DNA of 32,000 bases, from the NCBI GenBank assembly GCA_022843095.1, contig JALHOH010000001.1, forward strand, positions 510,001 through 542,000, written 5' to 3'. The notes beneath the pieces were generated by a model. It saw only the letters and a program-made list of their open reading frames with translations. It searched no databases and had not been told where the DNA came from. Position numbers and translations under genes: made by a program. Positions 8,389 through 16,030 of this stretch are shown here, piece by piece; position 1 is the first letter of the stretch, and every line of letters begins with the position of its first letter. Origin of the DNA: Candidatus Saccharimonadota bacterium (GTDB lineage Bacteria > Patescibacteriota > Patescibacteriia > 2-12-FULL-60-25).

Positions 8389-9588
8389 ATGAAAACCGTT
8401 TCTCTTGCATGGCTTCCTGGAATGTTTTTTGTGGGTGGCGCGTGTGGGGTGTTGGCGGCGTCATTTTTTTTGGTACGAACCAATGGCGCATTGTACCCGC
8501 AGTACGGGATGGGTGTAACCACTACGCGTACGATCGTGACGGAAGATCGTACGACCTCGGTCGTGAAGCGTGCGAGTCCCGCCGTGGTGTCGATTACCAT
8601 CACCAAAGAAGTGGCGAGGCGAAGGGGATTTACCGATCTTGATCTCTTTGAAGAGCCGTTTTTTCAATTTGAAGGCCCTCGATTTCGAACGCGTACCCCC
8701 GAACCAACGCGCGAGCGATTGGAGGTTGGGAATGGGACGGGATTCTTTGTGTCATCCGATGGATTGCTCGTGACCAACCGTCATGTGGCTTCCGAGAAAG
8801 ACGCGGAATATACGGTTGAGTTGCAGAGTGGGAAGACCTATCCAGCAAAAGTGCTAGCCATAGATCCGGTGCTGGATTTAGCGGTTTTAAAGGTGGAAGG
8901 TTCGGATTTTCCGTCGCTTTCACTGGGAGATAGTGATGCAATCCAGGTGGGTGAACCGGCGATCGCGATTGGATATGCGTTGGGAGAATTTCGCAACACC
9001 GTGACAAAAGGGGTTATTTCTGGGGTGAATCGTCGCGTCGTTGCCGGGGGTGCTTCGGGGGTTGAGGTGCTGGAAGAGGCGATTCAAACGGACGCTGCCA
9101 TTAATCCCGGGAATTCCGGTGGTCCGCTTTTGAACGCGGCAGGAGAGGTGATCGGGATGAACACAGCGGTCTCGCAAAATGGGCAGTCCCTTGGATTTGC
9201 GCTTCCGTCGAATGTGCTAAAGCGAAGTATTGAGAGCGTGAAACAGCACGGCCGCGTCGTTCGCCCTTGGCTTGGGGTGCGTTATGTTCCGGTCGATGAG
9301 GAGACGGCAAAAGAGGCGGGGCTCGAGATGGTTGCGGGTGCGCGGGTGATTGCGGATGAACGTGGGACGGCAGGTTCTGCCGTGGTGAAGGATTCGCCGG
9401 CAGACAAAGCCGGGATCAAAGAAGGGGACATTATTCTTTCCGTGGAAGGGGTGTCGGTGGATCGAGATCGATCGCTAGCGTCCCTGTTAAGCCGTCATCT
9501 TCCTGGGGCAGAGGTGCGTCTTCGCATTTGGCGCGATAAAAAAGAGATGGAGGTCAAGGTGACCTTGGATGAGCGAAAAGAAACGTAA
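8389..9588 (+). CDS. htrA: HtrA/DegP-family serine protease with N-terminal TM anchor and PDZ domain
   Basis: TM FFVGGACGVLAASFFLV. Catalytic motifs TNRHV, DLAVLKV, GNSGGPL. C-terminal PDZ-like DSPADKAGIKEGDIILSVEG. Confidence 0.9.
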   Translation: MKTVSLAWLPGMFFVGGACGVLAASFFLVRTNGALYPQYGMGVTTTRTIVTEDRTTSVVKRASPAVVSITITKEVARRRGFTDLDLFEEPFFQFEGPRFRTRTPEPTRERLEVGNGTGFFVSSDGLLVTNRHVASEKDAEYTVELQSGKTYPAKVLAIDPVLDLAVLKVEGSDFPSLSLGDSDAIQVGEPAIAIGYALGEFRNTVTKGVISGVNRRVVAGGASGVEVLEEAIQTDAAINPGNSGGPLLNAAGEVIGMNTAVSQNGQSLGFALPSNVLKRSIESVKQHGRVVRPWLGVRYVPVDEETAKEAGLEMVAGARVIADERGTAGSAVVKDSPADKAGIKEGDIILSVEGVSVDRDRSLASLLSRHLPGAEVRLRIWRDKKEMEVKVTLDERKET

Positions 9589-9593
9589 TCCTG

Positions 9594-9602
9594 TGCTATG
9601 AT
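9594..9602 (+). promoter_or_regulatory. Extended -10 box TGCTATGAT, 8 nt upstream of the pyk ATG
   Basis: TGn+TATGAT at 9594-9602, then 8 nt (gtgcgcgt), then ATG at 9611. No Shine-Dalgarno sequence. The same geometry occurs at 11712, 15094(-) and 28003. Confidence 0.45.
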
Positions 9603-9610
9603 GTGCGCGT

Positions 9611-11002
9611 ATGAAGCGCACAAAAATCGTCTGCACGATTGGGCCGGCATCAAAAGATCCGGAGATGTTGATGAAACTCGTGCAGGCTGGCATGAACGTC
9701 TGTCGGCTGAATTTTAGCCATGGGACACATGAGGACCATGCGATGCTGATGAAGACGATCCGTGAAATCCGTAAAAAAACGGGCGAACCGTTAACGTTTT
9801 TGCAGGATTTGCAGGGTCCAAAGATTCGTGTCGGCGATCTGCCGAAAGAGGGGGTTCAATTAAAGGCAGGTTCCTTGATCACGTTTACTACGGGCACACC
9901 GTCGATCCCAAAAAAACTCCCGGTGACCTATCCAGCACTACATGAAGATGTGCGTCCTGGGCAGCACATTCTTATGGATGATGGTCTCCTTTCAGTGCAG
10001 GTGGAACGTGTGGAAGGGAAGGATGTTATTTGCAAGGTGATTGATGGCGGGACGCTGACGTCTCATAAAGGGATGAATTTGCCGGAAACAAAGACGTCGA
10101 TCTCTGCAATCTCCGAAAAAGACGCGGAGGACGTTCGTTTTGGGGTCGCGGAAGGGGTGGATTGGATCGCGCTGTCGTTTGTGCGTTCTGCATCCGACAT
10201 CCACGAGCTCCGCGCGCTTATCGCAGAGGCGGAACGCGAGCAGGGGGTTGCCTCCACGCCCTCCATACGTGTCATGGCAAAAATCGAGAAACCCGAGGCC
10301 GTTGCGCATCTGCAGGAAATTGTGGATGCCGCTGATGGCATCATGGTCGCGCGTGGGGATTTGGGGATTGAGATTCCGGCTGAGCAAGTTCCGTTGGTCC
10401 AGAAACGTTTGATTCAGATGTGTGTCCGTGCCGGGAAGCCGGTGATCGTTGCGACACAGATGTTGGATTCGATGATTCGAAATCCGCGAGCTACGCGCGC
10501 CGAGGTGTCTGATATTGCGAACGCGGCCATCGACCATACGGATGCCACCATGCTTTCTGGGGAGACGGCGAGCGGAAACTATCCCTTGGAAGCCGTGACG
10601 ACCATGGCAAAGGTTCTTCTAGCCGTTGAAGGTAGTCCATTGGATGATCTTCCACGTCGCAAGGACGGGGTGTTGATCGAGGGCAATACTCGTGCAAAGG
10701 CGGTGATTGTTGCGACACAATCGGGAGACGCGGCCAGACTCGTATCCCGGGAACGACCGGAGATGCCGATTATTGCCGTGACGTCATCCACGCGTGTCCA
10801 GGCGCAATTGAATGTGTCTTGGGGGGTTCGACCCGTGGTCAAAGAAGGAGAATCGAACATCGCTGCGTTGATCGATACGGGTATCGCTCTGGCAAAAAAA
10901 GAGGGGGCCGTTCAAGCGGGGGATGAGGTTGTGGTGGTCGCGGGAGAGCCTCGCGGTTCTATGGGGCATGTCGAGCTCGTTGAAACGCGCCGCGTTGTTT
11001 AA
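9611..11002 (+). CDS. pyk: Pyruvate kinase
   Basis: MKRTKIVCTIGPAS, NFSHG, MVARGDLG and MLSGETA motifs. Confidence 0.95.
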   Translation: MKRTKIVCTIGPASKDPEMLMKLVQAGMNVCRLNFSHGTHEDHAMLMKTIREIRKKTGEPLTFLQDLQGPKIRVGDLPKEGVQLKAGSLITFTTGTPSIPKKLPVTYPALHEDVRPGQHILMDDGLLSVQVERVEGKDVICKVIDGGTLTSHKGMNLPETKTSISAISEKDAEDVRFGVAEGVDWIALSFVRSASDIHELRALIAEAEREQGVASTPSIRVMAKIEKPEAVAHLQEIVDAADGIMVARGDLGIEIPAEQVPLVQKRLIQMCVRAGKPVIVATQMLDSMIRNPRATRAEVSDIANAAIDHTDATMLSGETASGNYPLEAVTTMAKVLLAVEGSPLDDLPRRKDGVLIEGNTRAKAVIVATQSGDAARLVSRERPEMPIIAVTSSTRVQAQLNVSWGVRPVVKEGESNIAALIDTGIALAKKEGAVQAGDEVVVVAGEPRGSMGHVELVETRRVV

Positions 11003-11412
11003 GACGGGATTTTTTGGATCAGTTCGCGCGTCGGATCAATCAGATAGCCGGTTGCCTCTTCGGTTAACCCCGGCTCTTCCTGGTGAAAGGCGCGACTCCA
11101 GGCGCGTAGCATGGAAGTGAGGATGGGGAGATGAGAAACGATGATCAGGTGTTGCGGCTCCGTAGGGGGCAACAGGTCCCCGTAATTTCCATCCATGGAA
11201 AGACGTCCGTCCGGTGTCACCGGGATTCCAAGAGACGATCCTAAAATCGTGGACGTTTCCATGGTGCGGGGATTTGGAGAGGTGTGGATTTTTTCCCAAG
11301 GAATGCCCGTTTTTTTGAGTGTTTGGGCAAGGGTTGTTGCGCGCTTGATCCCGTCGGGGGTGAGGGATCCGGTGCCGATGTCGTAGGGGGCGTGTCGGAG
11401 GAGGCAGAACAT
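10999..11412 (-). CDS. Histidine phosphatase superfamily protein (SixA/PGAM-like)
   Basis: ORF 10999-11514. The ATG at 11412 gives MFCLLRHAPYD (RHx catalytic motif at the N-terminus). TSPNPRTMETS and IIVSHLP are also present. Stop codons overlap the convergent pyk by 4 nt. Confidence 0.65.
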   Translation of the reverse strand: MFCLLRHAPYDIGTGSLTPDGIKRATTLAQTLKKTGIPWEKIHTSPNPRTMETSTILGSSLGIPVTPDGRLSMDGNYGDLLPPTEPQHLIIVSHLPILTSMLRAWSRAFHQEEPGLTEEATGYLIDPTRELIQKIPS

Positions 11413-11562
11413 AAGAGGGTATCCACACCCTTGCGCGGGTTTCGGGGTTTTGGTAACGTGATGCCCGCAAGCGAGTGCACCATTTATCGTGGTCGCACCG
11501 CATGCCCTCGTCAAGCGGATGACTCAATGGATGAGGTTGTGGCGCCAAGCCCAAATCAAATT

Positions 11563-11640
11563 GGGTGCGTGGTGTAGCCCGGTTAACACGTCTCCCTGTC
11601 ACGGAGAAGACCGAGGGTTCGAATCCCTTCGCACCCGCCA
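11563..11640 (+). tRNA. tRNA-Asp (GTC), CCA encoded
   Basis: The cloverleaf folds by hand: acceptor GGGTGCG/CGCACCC, anticodon arm TCTCC-CTGTCAC-GGAGA, T arm GAGGG-TTCGAAT-CCCTT, 3' GCCA. Confidence 0.9.
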
Positions 11641-11642
11641 TA

Positions 11643-11675
11643 AAAAACACCTCTTCAGCCGAAGAGGTGTTTTTG
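11643..11675 (+). terminator. Intrinsic terminator after tRNA-Asp
   Basis: AAAAACACCTCTTC-agcc-GAAGAGGTGTTTTT. Confidence 0.8.
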
Positions 11676-11711
11676 TTGATCACGGCGGAATTCAGTCGTT
11701 CCCTTTCCATC

Positions 11712-11720
11712 TGCTATACT
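11712..11720 (+). promoter_or_regulatory. Extended -10 box TGCTATACT, 8 nt upstream of the ATG at 11729
   Basis: TGn+TATACT, then tccgccat (8 nt), then ATG. No SD. Confidence 0.45.
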
Positions 11721-11728
11721 TCCGCCAT

Positions 11729-13171
11729 ATGCGTTCTCGTTTTTTTGTTGGATCTGCGTTTTTTGCCGCCTGTGTGCTTGCACCAACGCTCGCGTTTGCG
11801 GCACCGGACGCCTCGCCACCGCAGTTAGGTGCTATTTCGCCGACCACGGCCACGGTGGCGCGAGAGTTGGAGCTCGCGGCGCCGGTGTCAGATGCCGGAG
11901 GGAATTTGTCGCACTGTATCGTGTTTGTGAATAACGTCTACAAGGGGACGATGTCGATTGGGACGAACCGTGTGTATGGTCCCTATATTTTTTACAAACC
12001 TGACACGTTTACGGTCCGAATCAAGTGTTTTGATACGACGGGAAACGAAGCAGAAGTGTCTGGGGCGATCAATGTCGCGCCGGCGGTTGCGGCTGATACC
12101 TCCCTTCCGACGGTTGGAAAGATCGAACCTGTGAGTACAAAGCCGGGGATTGCGACGACTTTTCGCGTGGCGTATGCGGATAACGTGGGTGTGACCGCCT
12201 GTGAGCTGTACATCAACGGTACTTCGAAAGGGCTGTTTGTGTTAAAAGGATCCTACGCGGATTACACCTACACGTTTCCGAATCCGGGAACCTATGCCAT
12301 GTATGCCGCCTGTCGGGATGCAGCAGGAAACCGGGTGGATGGAGAAGAAGTGCGGGTACTCGTGACGCCTGAAGGGGCGAATCCGGTCTCTGCTACGCGC
12401 TCGTCGTTGTATGTGACTCCGGGGCAAATTTTGTCGGACAGCAAAGATGGGGCAGAGGTGGTGGTATTCGTCCGCGATGAGAACGGTCAGCCTGTGCGGG
12501 GCGTGTTTGTGGCGGTTGAAACCTCACGGCCTGGGGTGGATCAAATCAGTCCCATTCAATCGGTGACAGGGGAGGATGGTGTCGCAAAGTATCGCATTCG
12601 TTCGGCGGTGCCAGGAACGAGCACCGTCCGCGCCTATGCGAACGGGGTGATTTTGCAGGCAACGGCGGTGCTGGACATGAACTTCAAAGGCGAGCGCTCG
12701 GTGCCGCAGGCGGGGAGTTTGATTAAGCTCACCTGTCCGGGCGGCGAAGGGGTGAACCACCCCTGTCGAACCGTGTACTATCTTTCGACGGATAACAAAC
12801 GGCGCGCCTTTCCACACGAAAAGGTGTTCTTTACTTGGTACGGGAACTTTAGCGGGGTGGTCGAGGTGAGCGAAGGGTTTATGGCCGCCATTCCATTGGA
12901 AAAGAACATCGTCTATCGGCCAGGGATCAAGCTCGTCAAATTCTCCACCGTGCCAAAGGTCTACGCCGTGGGGCGCGCGGGTCAGCTCCGGTGGGTCAAA
13001 ACCGAAGAGGCGGCGCGTCAGTTATACGGGGACAAGTGGGCGCAAAATGTGCATGACATCGCCGATGCGTTTTATGGAGACTATTCCTTTGGATCCGATA
13101 TCGCCTCCGGAACGGACTTTAATCCTGCCTACGAAGCGAATATCGCGGTGACGGTGGAAGGAAATTTGTAA
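11729..13171 (+). CDS. Secreted protein: signal peptide, Ig-like repeats, Big_1-like domain, C-terminal unassigned shared module
   Basis: ORF 11489-13171 runs through tRNA-Asp. The ATG at 11729 gives signal peptide MRSRFFVGSAFFAACVLAPTLAFA. Ig-like repeats carry ADNVGVTACELYINGT. The invasin-like segment is SSLYVTPGQILSDSKDGAEVVVFVRDENGQPV. The C-terminal module (12710-13123) is shared with the 15161 and 16031 genes. Confidence 0.8.
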   Translation: MRSRFFVGSAFFAACVLAPTLAFAAPDASPPQLGAISPTTATVARELELAAPVSDAGGNLSHCIVFVNNVYKGTMSIGTNRVYGPYIFYKPDTFTVRIKCFDTTGNEAEVSGAINVAPAVAADTSLPTVGKIEPVSTKPGIATTFRVAYADNVGVTACELYINGTSKGLFVLKGSYADYTYTFPNPGTYAMYAACRDAAGNRVDGEEVRVLVTPEGANPVSATRSSLYVTPGQILSDSKDGAEVVVFVRDENGQPVRGVFVAVETSRPGVDQISPIQSVTGEDGVAKYRIRSAVPGTSTVRAYANGVILQATAVLDMNFKGERSVPQAGSLIKLTCPGGEGVNHPCRTVYYLSTDNKRRAFPHEKVFFTWYGNFSGVVEVSEGFMAAIPLEKNIVYRPGIKLVKFSTVPKVYAVGRAGQLRWVKTEEAARQLYGDKWAQNVHDIADAFYGDYSFGSDIASGTDFNPAYEANIAVTVEGNL

Positions 13172-13176
13172 GTCAC

Positions 13177-13212
13177 CAAAAACCCGCTCAGATTTCCTTG
13201 AGCGGGTTTTTT
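13177..13212. terminator. Bidirectional intrinsic terminator between convergent genes
   Basis: AAAAA-CCCGCTCA-gatttcct-TGAGCGGG-TTTTTT. Confidence 0.8.
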
Positions 13213-13213
13213 G

Positions 13214-14212
13214 TTATCGACGTTTCAACACCTTTTTCACGGCAGCTTTGATGTGGGCGACTCCCATCCCAAAGTGTTCGAGCAATGCCTCCGGCGGGCC
13301 GGATTCTCCAAAACGGTCTTGGACACCGACGTGTTCCATGGGAACAGGAGCGGTCCGAGCAAGCGCCTCGGAGATCGCGCCACCGAGTCCGCCCGCCACT
13401 TGGTGTTCTTCCACGGTGACGATGCGTTTACAGTGCAGTGCTACATCGCGAATAAGGGATACGTCCAGTGGTTTAATGGTGTGGCAATTCACGACCATCG
13501 CGGAGATTTTGTTTCGTGCCAGTTCGTCTGCGGCGACGAGCGCTTTATAGACGAGCGGACCGCAGGCGATAATCGCCACATCCTTGCCCTGGCGGTAGAT
13601 TTCAGCTTTTCCAATCCGGAATGGCGTCTCTTCGGTGGTGAAGATGGGGGATTTTTCACGCGCAAATCGGACGTACGCCGGACCGGTGAATTCAGCGATC
13701 GCTTCGGTTGCCTTGCGTGCTTCAATCATGTCGCACGGGGCGATCACCGTCATATTGGGGATCACGCGCATGATCGCCATATCTTCGATGGCTTGATGGG
13801 TCGCGCCATCCGGTCCAACAGACACGCCCGCGTGACTTCCAATGATTTTGACGTTCGTTTCCTGAAGACAAATGTTTGTGCGCACCTGTTCCCAGGCTCG
13901 ACCAGGGCAAAACATCGCGTACGAGGTGATGAACGGCATTTTTCCGGCAAGTGCCATCCCCGCAGCAAGAGCGGCGAGCAGCTGTTCGTGCACACCCATT
14001 TGGATAAATCGATCCGGAAATAGCTGCTTGAACTCAAGATTCCGTGTCGATTCGGTAAGGTCTGCGCAAAGAACGACCAGTTCCGGGTGTTTCATGGCGG
14101 CACGGACAACGCCTTGTCCGTACCCGTCTCGGGTCGGTTTTTGTTCCAAATGTGTGCGGACAAGATCCGGCACTAACTGGGGATCGTTTGTGCGAAGCGT
14201 GGGTTTAGCCAT
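13214..14212 (-). CDS. tkt: Transketolase, C-terminal subunit (pyrimidine-binding + C-terminal domains)
   Basis: TRDGYGQGVV..CADLTESTR...FPDRFIQMGVHEQ..., typical of the split transketolase subunit B. The ATG at 14212 overlaps the upstream stop by 8 nt; a GTG at 14230 is an alternative. Confidence 0.9.
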   Translation of the reverse strand: MAKPTLRTNDPQLVPDLVRTHLEQKPTRDGYGQGVVRAAMKHPELVVLCADLTESTRNLEFKQLFPDRFIQMGVHEQLLAALAAGMALAGKMPFITSYAMFCPGRAWEQVRTNICLQETNVKIIGSHAGVSVGPDGATHQAIEDMAIMRVIPNMTVIAPCDMIEARKATEAIAEFTGPAYVRFAREKSPIFTTEETPFRIGKAEIYRQGKDVAIIACGPLVYKALVAADELARNKISAMVVNCHTIKPLDVSLIRDVALHCKRIVTVEEHQVAGGLGGAISEALARTAPVPMEHVGVQDRFGESGPPEALLEHFGMGVAHIKAAVKKVLKRR

Positions 14213-15077
14213 AGTGGGCGCGATGTTCACGAAGCAACGTTTGTTCTAACGCATGCAGCTCTTCGAGGGCGTGTTCTGCCTGACCTGGTTTGAACGGCTG
14301 GCTATGCCACAGGTAGTTGTTTTCCATGAACGAAACCCCGCGCCCGGGAATGGTATGCGCAATAATACAGATGGGCTTTTGGTGGATCGTTTTTGCTTCT
14401 TCGAGTGCGCGCCAAACATCCTGAATGTCGTTGCCGTTGCATTCAATGACGTGCCAGTTAAATGCCGTGTATTTTGCCGCAAGCGGTTCGAGCGGCATGA
14501 TGTCTTCGGTGTCGCCATCAATTTGGATGTTATTCCGATCGATGATGCACACCAAATTATCCAGGCGATTTTTCCCGGCAAAGAGCATGGCTTCCCAGTG
14601 GAGACCGGCCTCATGTTCACCATCCGAGGTGAGGCAGTAGGTCATCCAGGTTTTTTTATCCATCTTTGCCGCATACGCCATGCCCGCGGCCTGCGCGAGT
14701 CCAGAGCCGAGCGGGCCAGAAGTGGTTTCGGCGCCGGGGAGACGCAGTCGTTCTGGATGACCTTGCAACCGTGATCCAAGCTCGCGCAGCGTCAATAATT
14801 CCTCTACCGGAAAATATCCCGCTTCAGCCATGGCGGCATAGCGGATGGGGCAGATATGGCCATTCGAGAGAATGCAGCGATCGCGATCCGGCCATTCTGG
14901 GTCGTCCGGCCGGTGGTGGAGCGTGTGAAAGTAGAGGACGGTAAACACATCGGCCATCCCAAGCGGACCGCCTTGATGACCGGATCCGGCGTGCGCAACC
15001 ATGCGGATGACGTGCTGGCGCAATCGACAGGCGATGATCTCGAGTTGTTTTACCTTGGCATCATGGAGATGCGGCAT
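14205..15077 (-). CDS. tkt: Transketolase, N-terminal subunit (TPP-binding)
   Basis: GSGHQGGPLGMADV, SNGHICPIRYA, SGPLGSGLAQAAGMA, TSDGEHEAG, IIDRNNIQIDG. The ATG at 15077 is chosen because it is preceded by TGGTACACT + 8 nt; ATG 15095 is an alternative. The longer ORF to 15209 would run through a terminator and into the upstream gene. Confidence 0.88.
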   Translation of the reverse strand: MPHLHDAKVKQLEIIACRLRQHVIRMVAHAGSGHQGGPLGMADVFTVLYFHTLHHRPDDPEWPDRDRCILSNGHICPIRYAAMAEAGYFPVEELLTLRELGSRLQGHPERLRLPGAETTSGPLGSGLAQAAGMAYAAKMDKKTWMTYCLTSDGEHEAGLHWEAMLFAGKNRLDNLVCIIDRNNIQIDGDTEDIMPLEPLAAKYTAFNWHVIECNGNDIQDVWRALEEAKTIHQKPICIIAHTIPGRGVSFMENNYLWHSQPFKPGQAEHALEELHALEQTLLREHRAHYG

Positions 15078-15085
15078 ACGAGGAG

Positions 15086-15094
15086 AGTGTACCA
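15086..15094 (-). promoter_or_regulatory. Extended -10 box TGGTACACT, 8 nt upstream of the transketolase ATG
   Basis: The minus strand reads TGG TACACT ctcctcgt ATG. Confidence 0.4.
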
Positions 15095-15116
15095 TGTGAT
15101 GGCTGTTTCTGCATGA

Positions 15117-15149
15117 TAAAAAACACCCGCCCGTAGGCGAGTGTTTTTT
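15117..15149 (-). terminator. Intrinsic terminator after the cupredoxin-fusion gene
   Basis: The minus strand reads AAAAAACACTCGCC-tacg-GGCGGGTGTTTTTT, starting 12 nt after the stop. Confidence 0.75.
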
Positions 15150-15160
15150 GGTCTGCGTTT

Positions 15161-15952
15161 TTAGTTCACGACGTTGATCGTACCCTGCATGACCGGGTGG
15201 TTCGAGCACTTGTAGTCGAACGAGCCAACCGTGTCGAATTTGCGGACGTACGTCTTGCCTGGGGCGATGAGCCCGGAGTCAAACGCGTTGCCCGTGACCG
15301 TGTGCGGAACGATATCGGCATTCGTGAAGGTCACCGTCGCGCCCTTCTTCACCGTCATCGTTGCCGGGACGAACCCGTTGTTCATGTTTCCGATCGTCAC
15401 CGTCACGGCCGTTTCATCGAATTGCTTGTCCTGCGTGATGGTGGTCGTGAGCGTCATCACGTTCTGTGGCTGGAAGTCGCTGGCCGTCTGGATTCCCGTC
15501 CCCGTGCGATAGTTCACGAAGAAAGCATCCGGGATGTCATCAATCTGGTTCTTCCAGTTGATGCCGTAGAGCGTCTGCGCCAACTGTTCGGAACCGACGT
15601 GGCGAAGGACGCCTCCCTGATCAACGACGTACACCTTTGGATCCGTCGTGATCTTCACCATCTTGTATCCCGGGCGATACGTGACGTTTCCACCCAGCGG
15701 AATCGTGGCGAGTTGGCCATCCGTGACCTTTTTGACCCCGTCAAAGTTCTTGTACCAGGTAAAATAGGTCTTGTCGTTCGGGAACACATAGCGTTTCCCG
15801 TTTGGAGCGAAGTAGTACACCGTGCTGCCAGAACCCTTAATCAGATCACCTGCGTTAAACGCGACACCTGCGGCATGCGTCGTGGCAAGTGGGGCGGCCA
15901 ACATGCTGACCGTACCAAGCGTCGCCAGTGAGCGAACGAGAAGTTGCTTCAT
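15161..15952 (-). CDS. Secreted fusion protein: shared unassigned module + amicyanin/plastocyanin-like type-1 copper (cupredoxin) domain
   Basis: The ATG at 15952 gives signal peptide MKQLLVRSLATLGTVSMLAAPLATTHA. The shared module is aa 34-162. The C-terminal 83 aa carry MTVKKGATVTFTNADIVPHTVTG...GSFDYKCSNHPVMQGTINVVN, which has the full His / Cys-x2-His-x2-Met ligand set. Confidence 0.85.
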   Translation of the reverse strand: MKQLLVRSLATLGTVSMLAAPLATTHAAGVAFNAGDLIKGSGSTVYYFAPNGKRYVFPNDKTYFTWYKNFDGVKKVTDGQLATIPLGGNVTYRPGYKMVKITTDPKVYVVDQGGVLRHVGSEQLAQTLYGINWKNQIDDIPDAFFVNYRTGTGIQTASDFQPQNVMTLTTTITQDKQFDETAVTVTIGNMNNGFVPATMTVKKGATVTFTNADIVPHTVTGNAFDSGLIAPGKTYVRKFDTVGSFDYKCSNHPVMQGTINVVN

Positions 15953-16030
15953 AAAGAAGTTATTGAATGAGTATCTACAGGGTGCCGATGCGGGATCGGA
16001 CCTGTCAATCATACCTGAAATACGGGCAAA

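Noticed and set aside
10999-11002. Convergent pyk and the phosphatase gene overlap by 4 nt (TTAA) with no terminator.
   Set aside because: Stop-stop overlaps are common in compact genomes. Nothing further in the sequence suggests a special mechanism.
11489-11728. The 560-aa ORF starts at 11489.
   Set aside because: The extension runs through tRNA-Asp and its terminator. The signal peptide and the extended -10 box both support the ATG at 11729.
13214-15077. Transketolase split into two ORFs could be a frameshifted pseudogene.
   Set aside because: The split falls at the normal boundary between the TPP-binding domain and the pyrimidine-binding/C-terminal domains. There is an ATG/stop overlap (ATGGCTAA) and both halves are intact. 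This matches the well-known two-subunit transketolase organisation.
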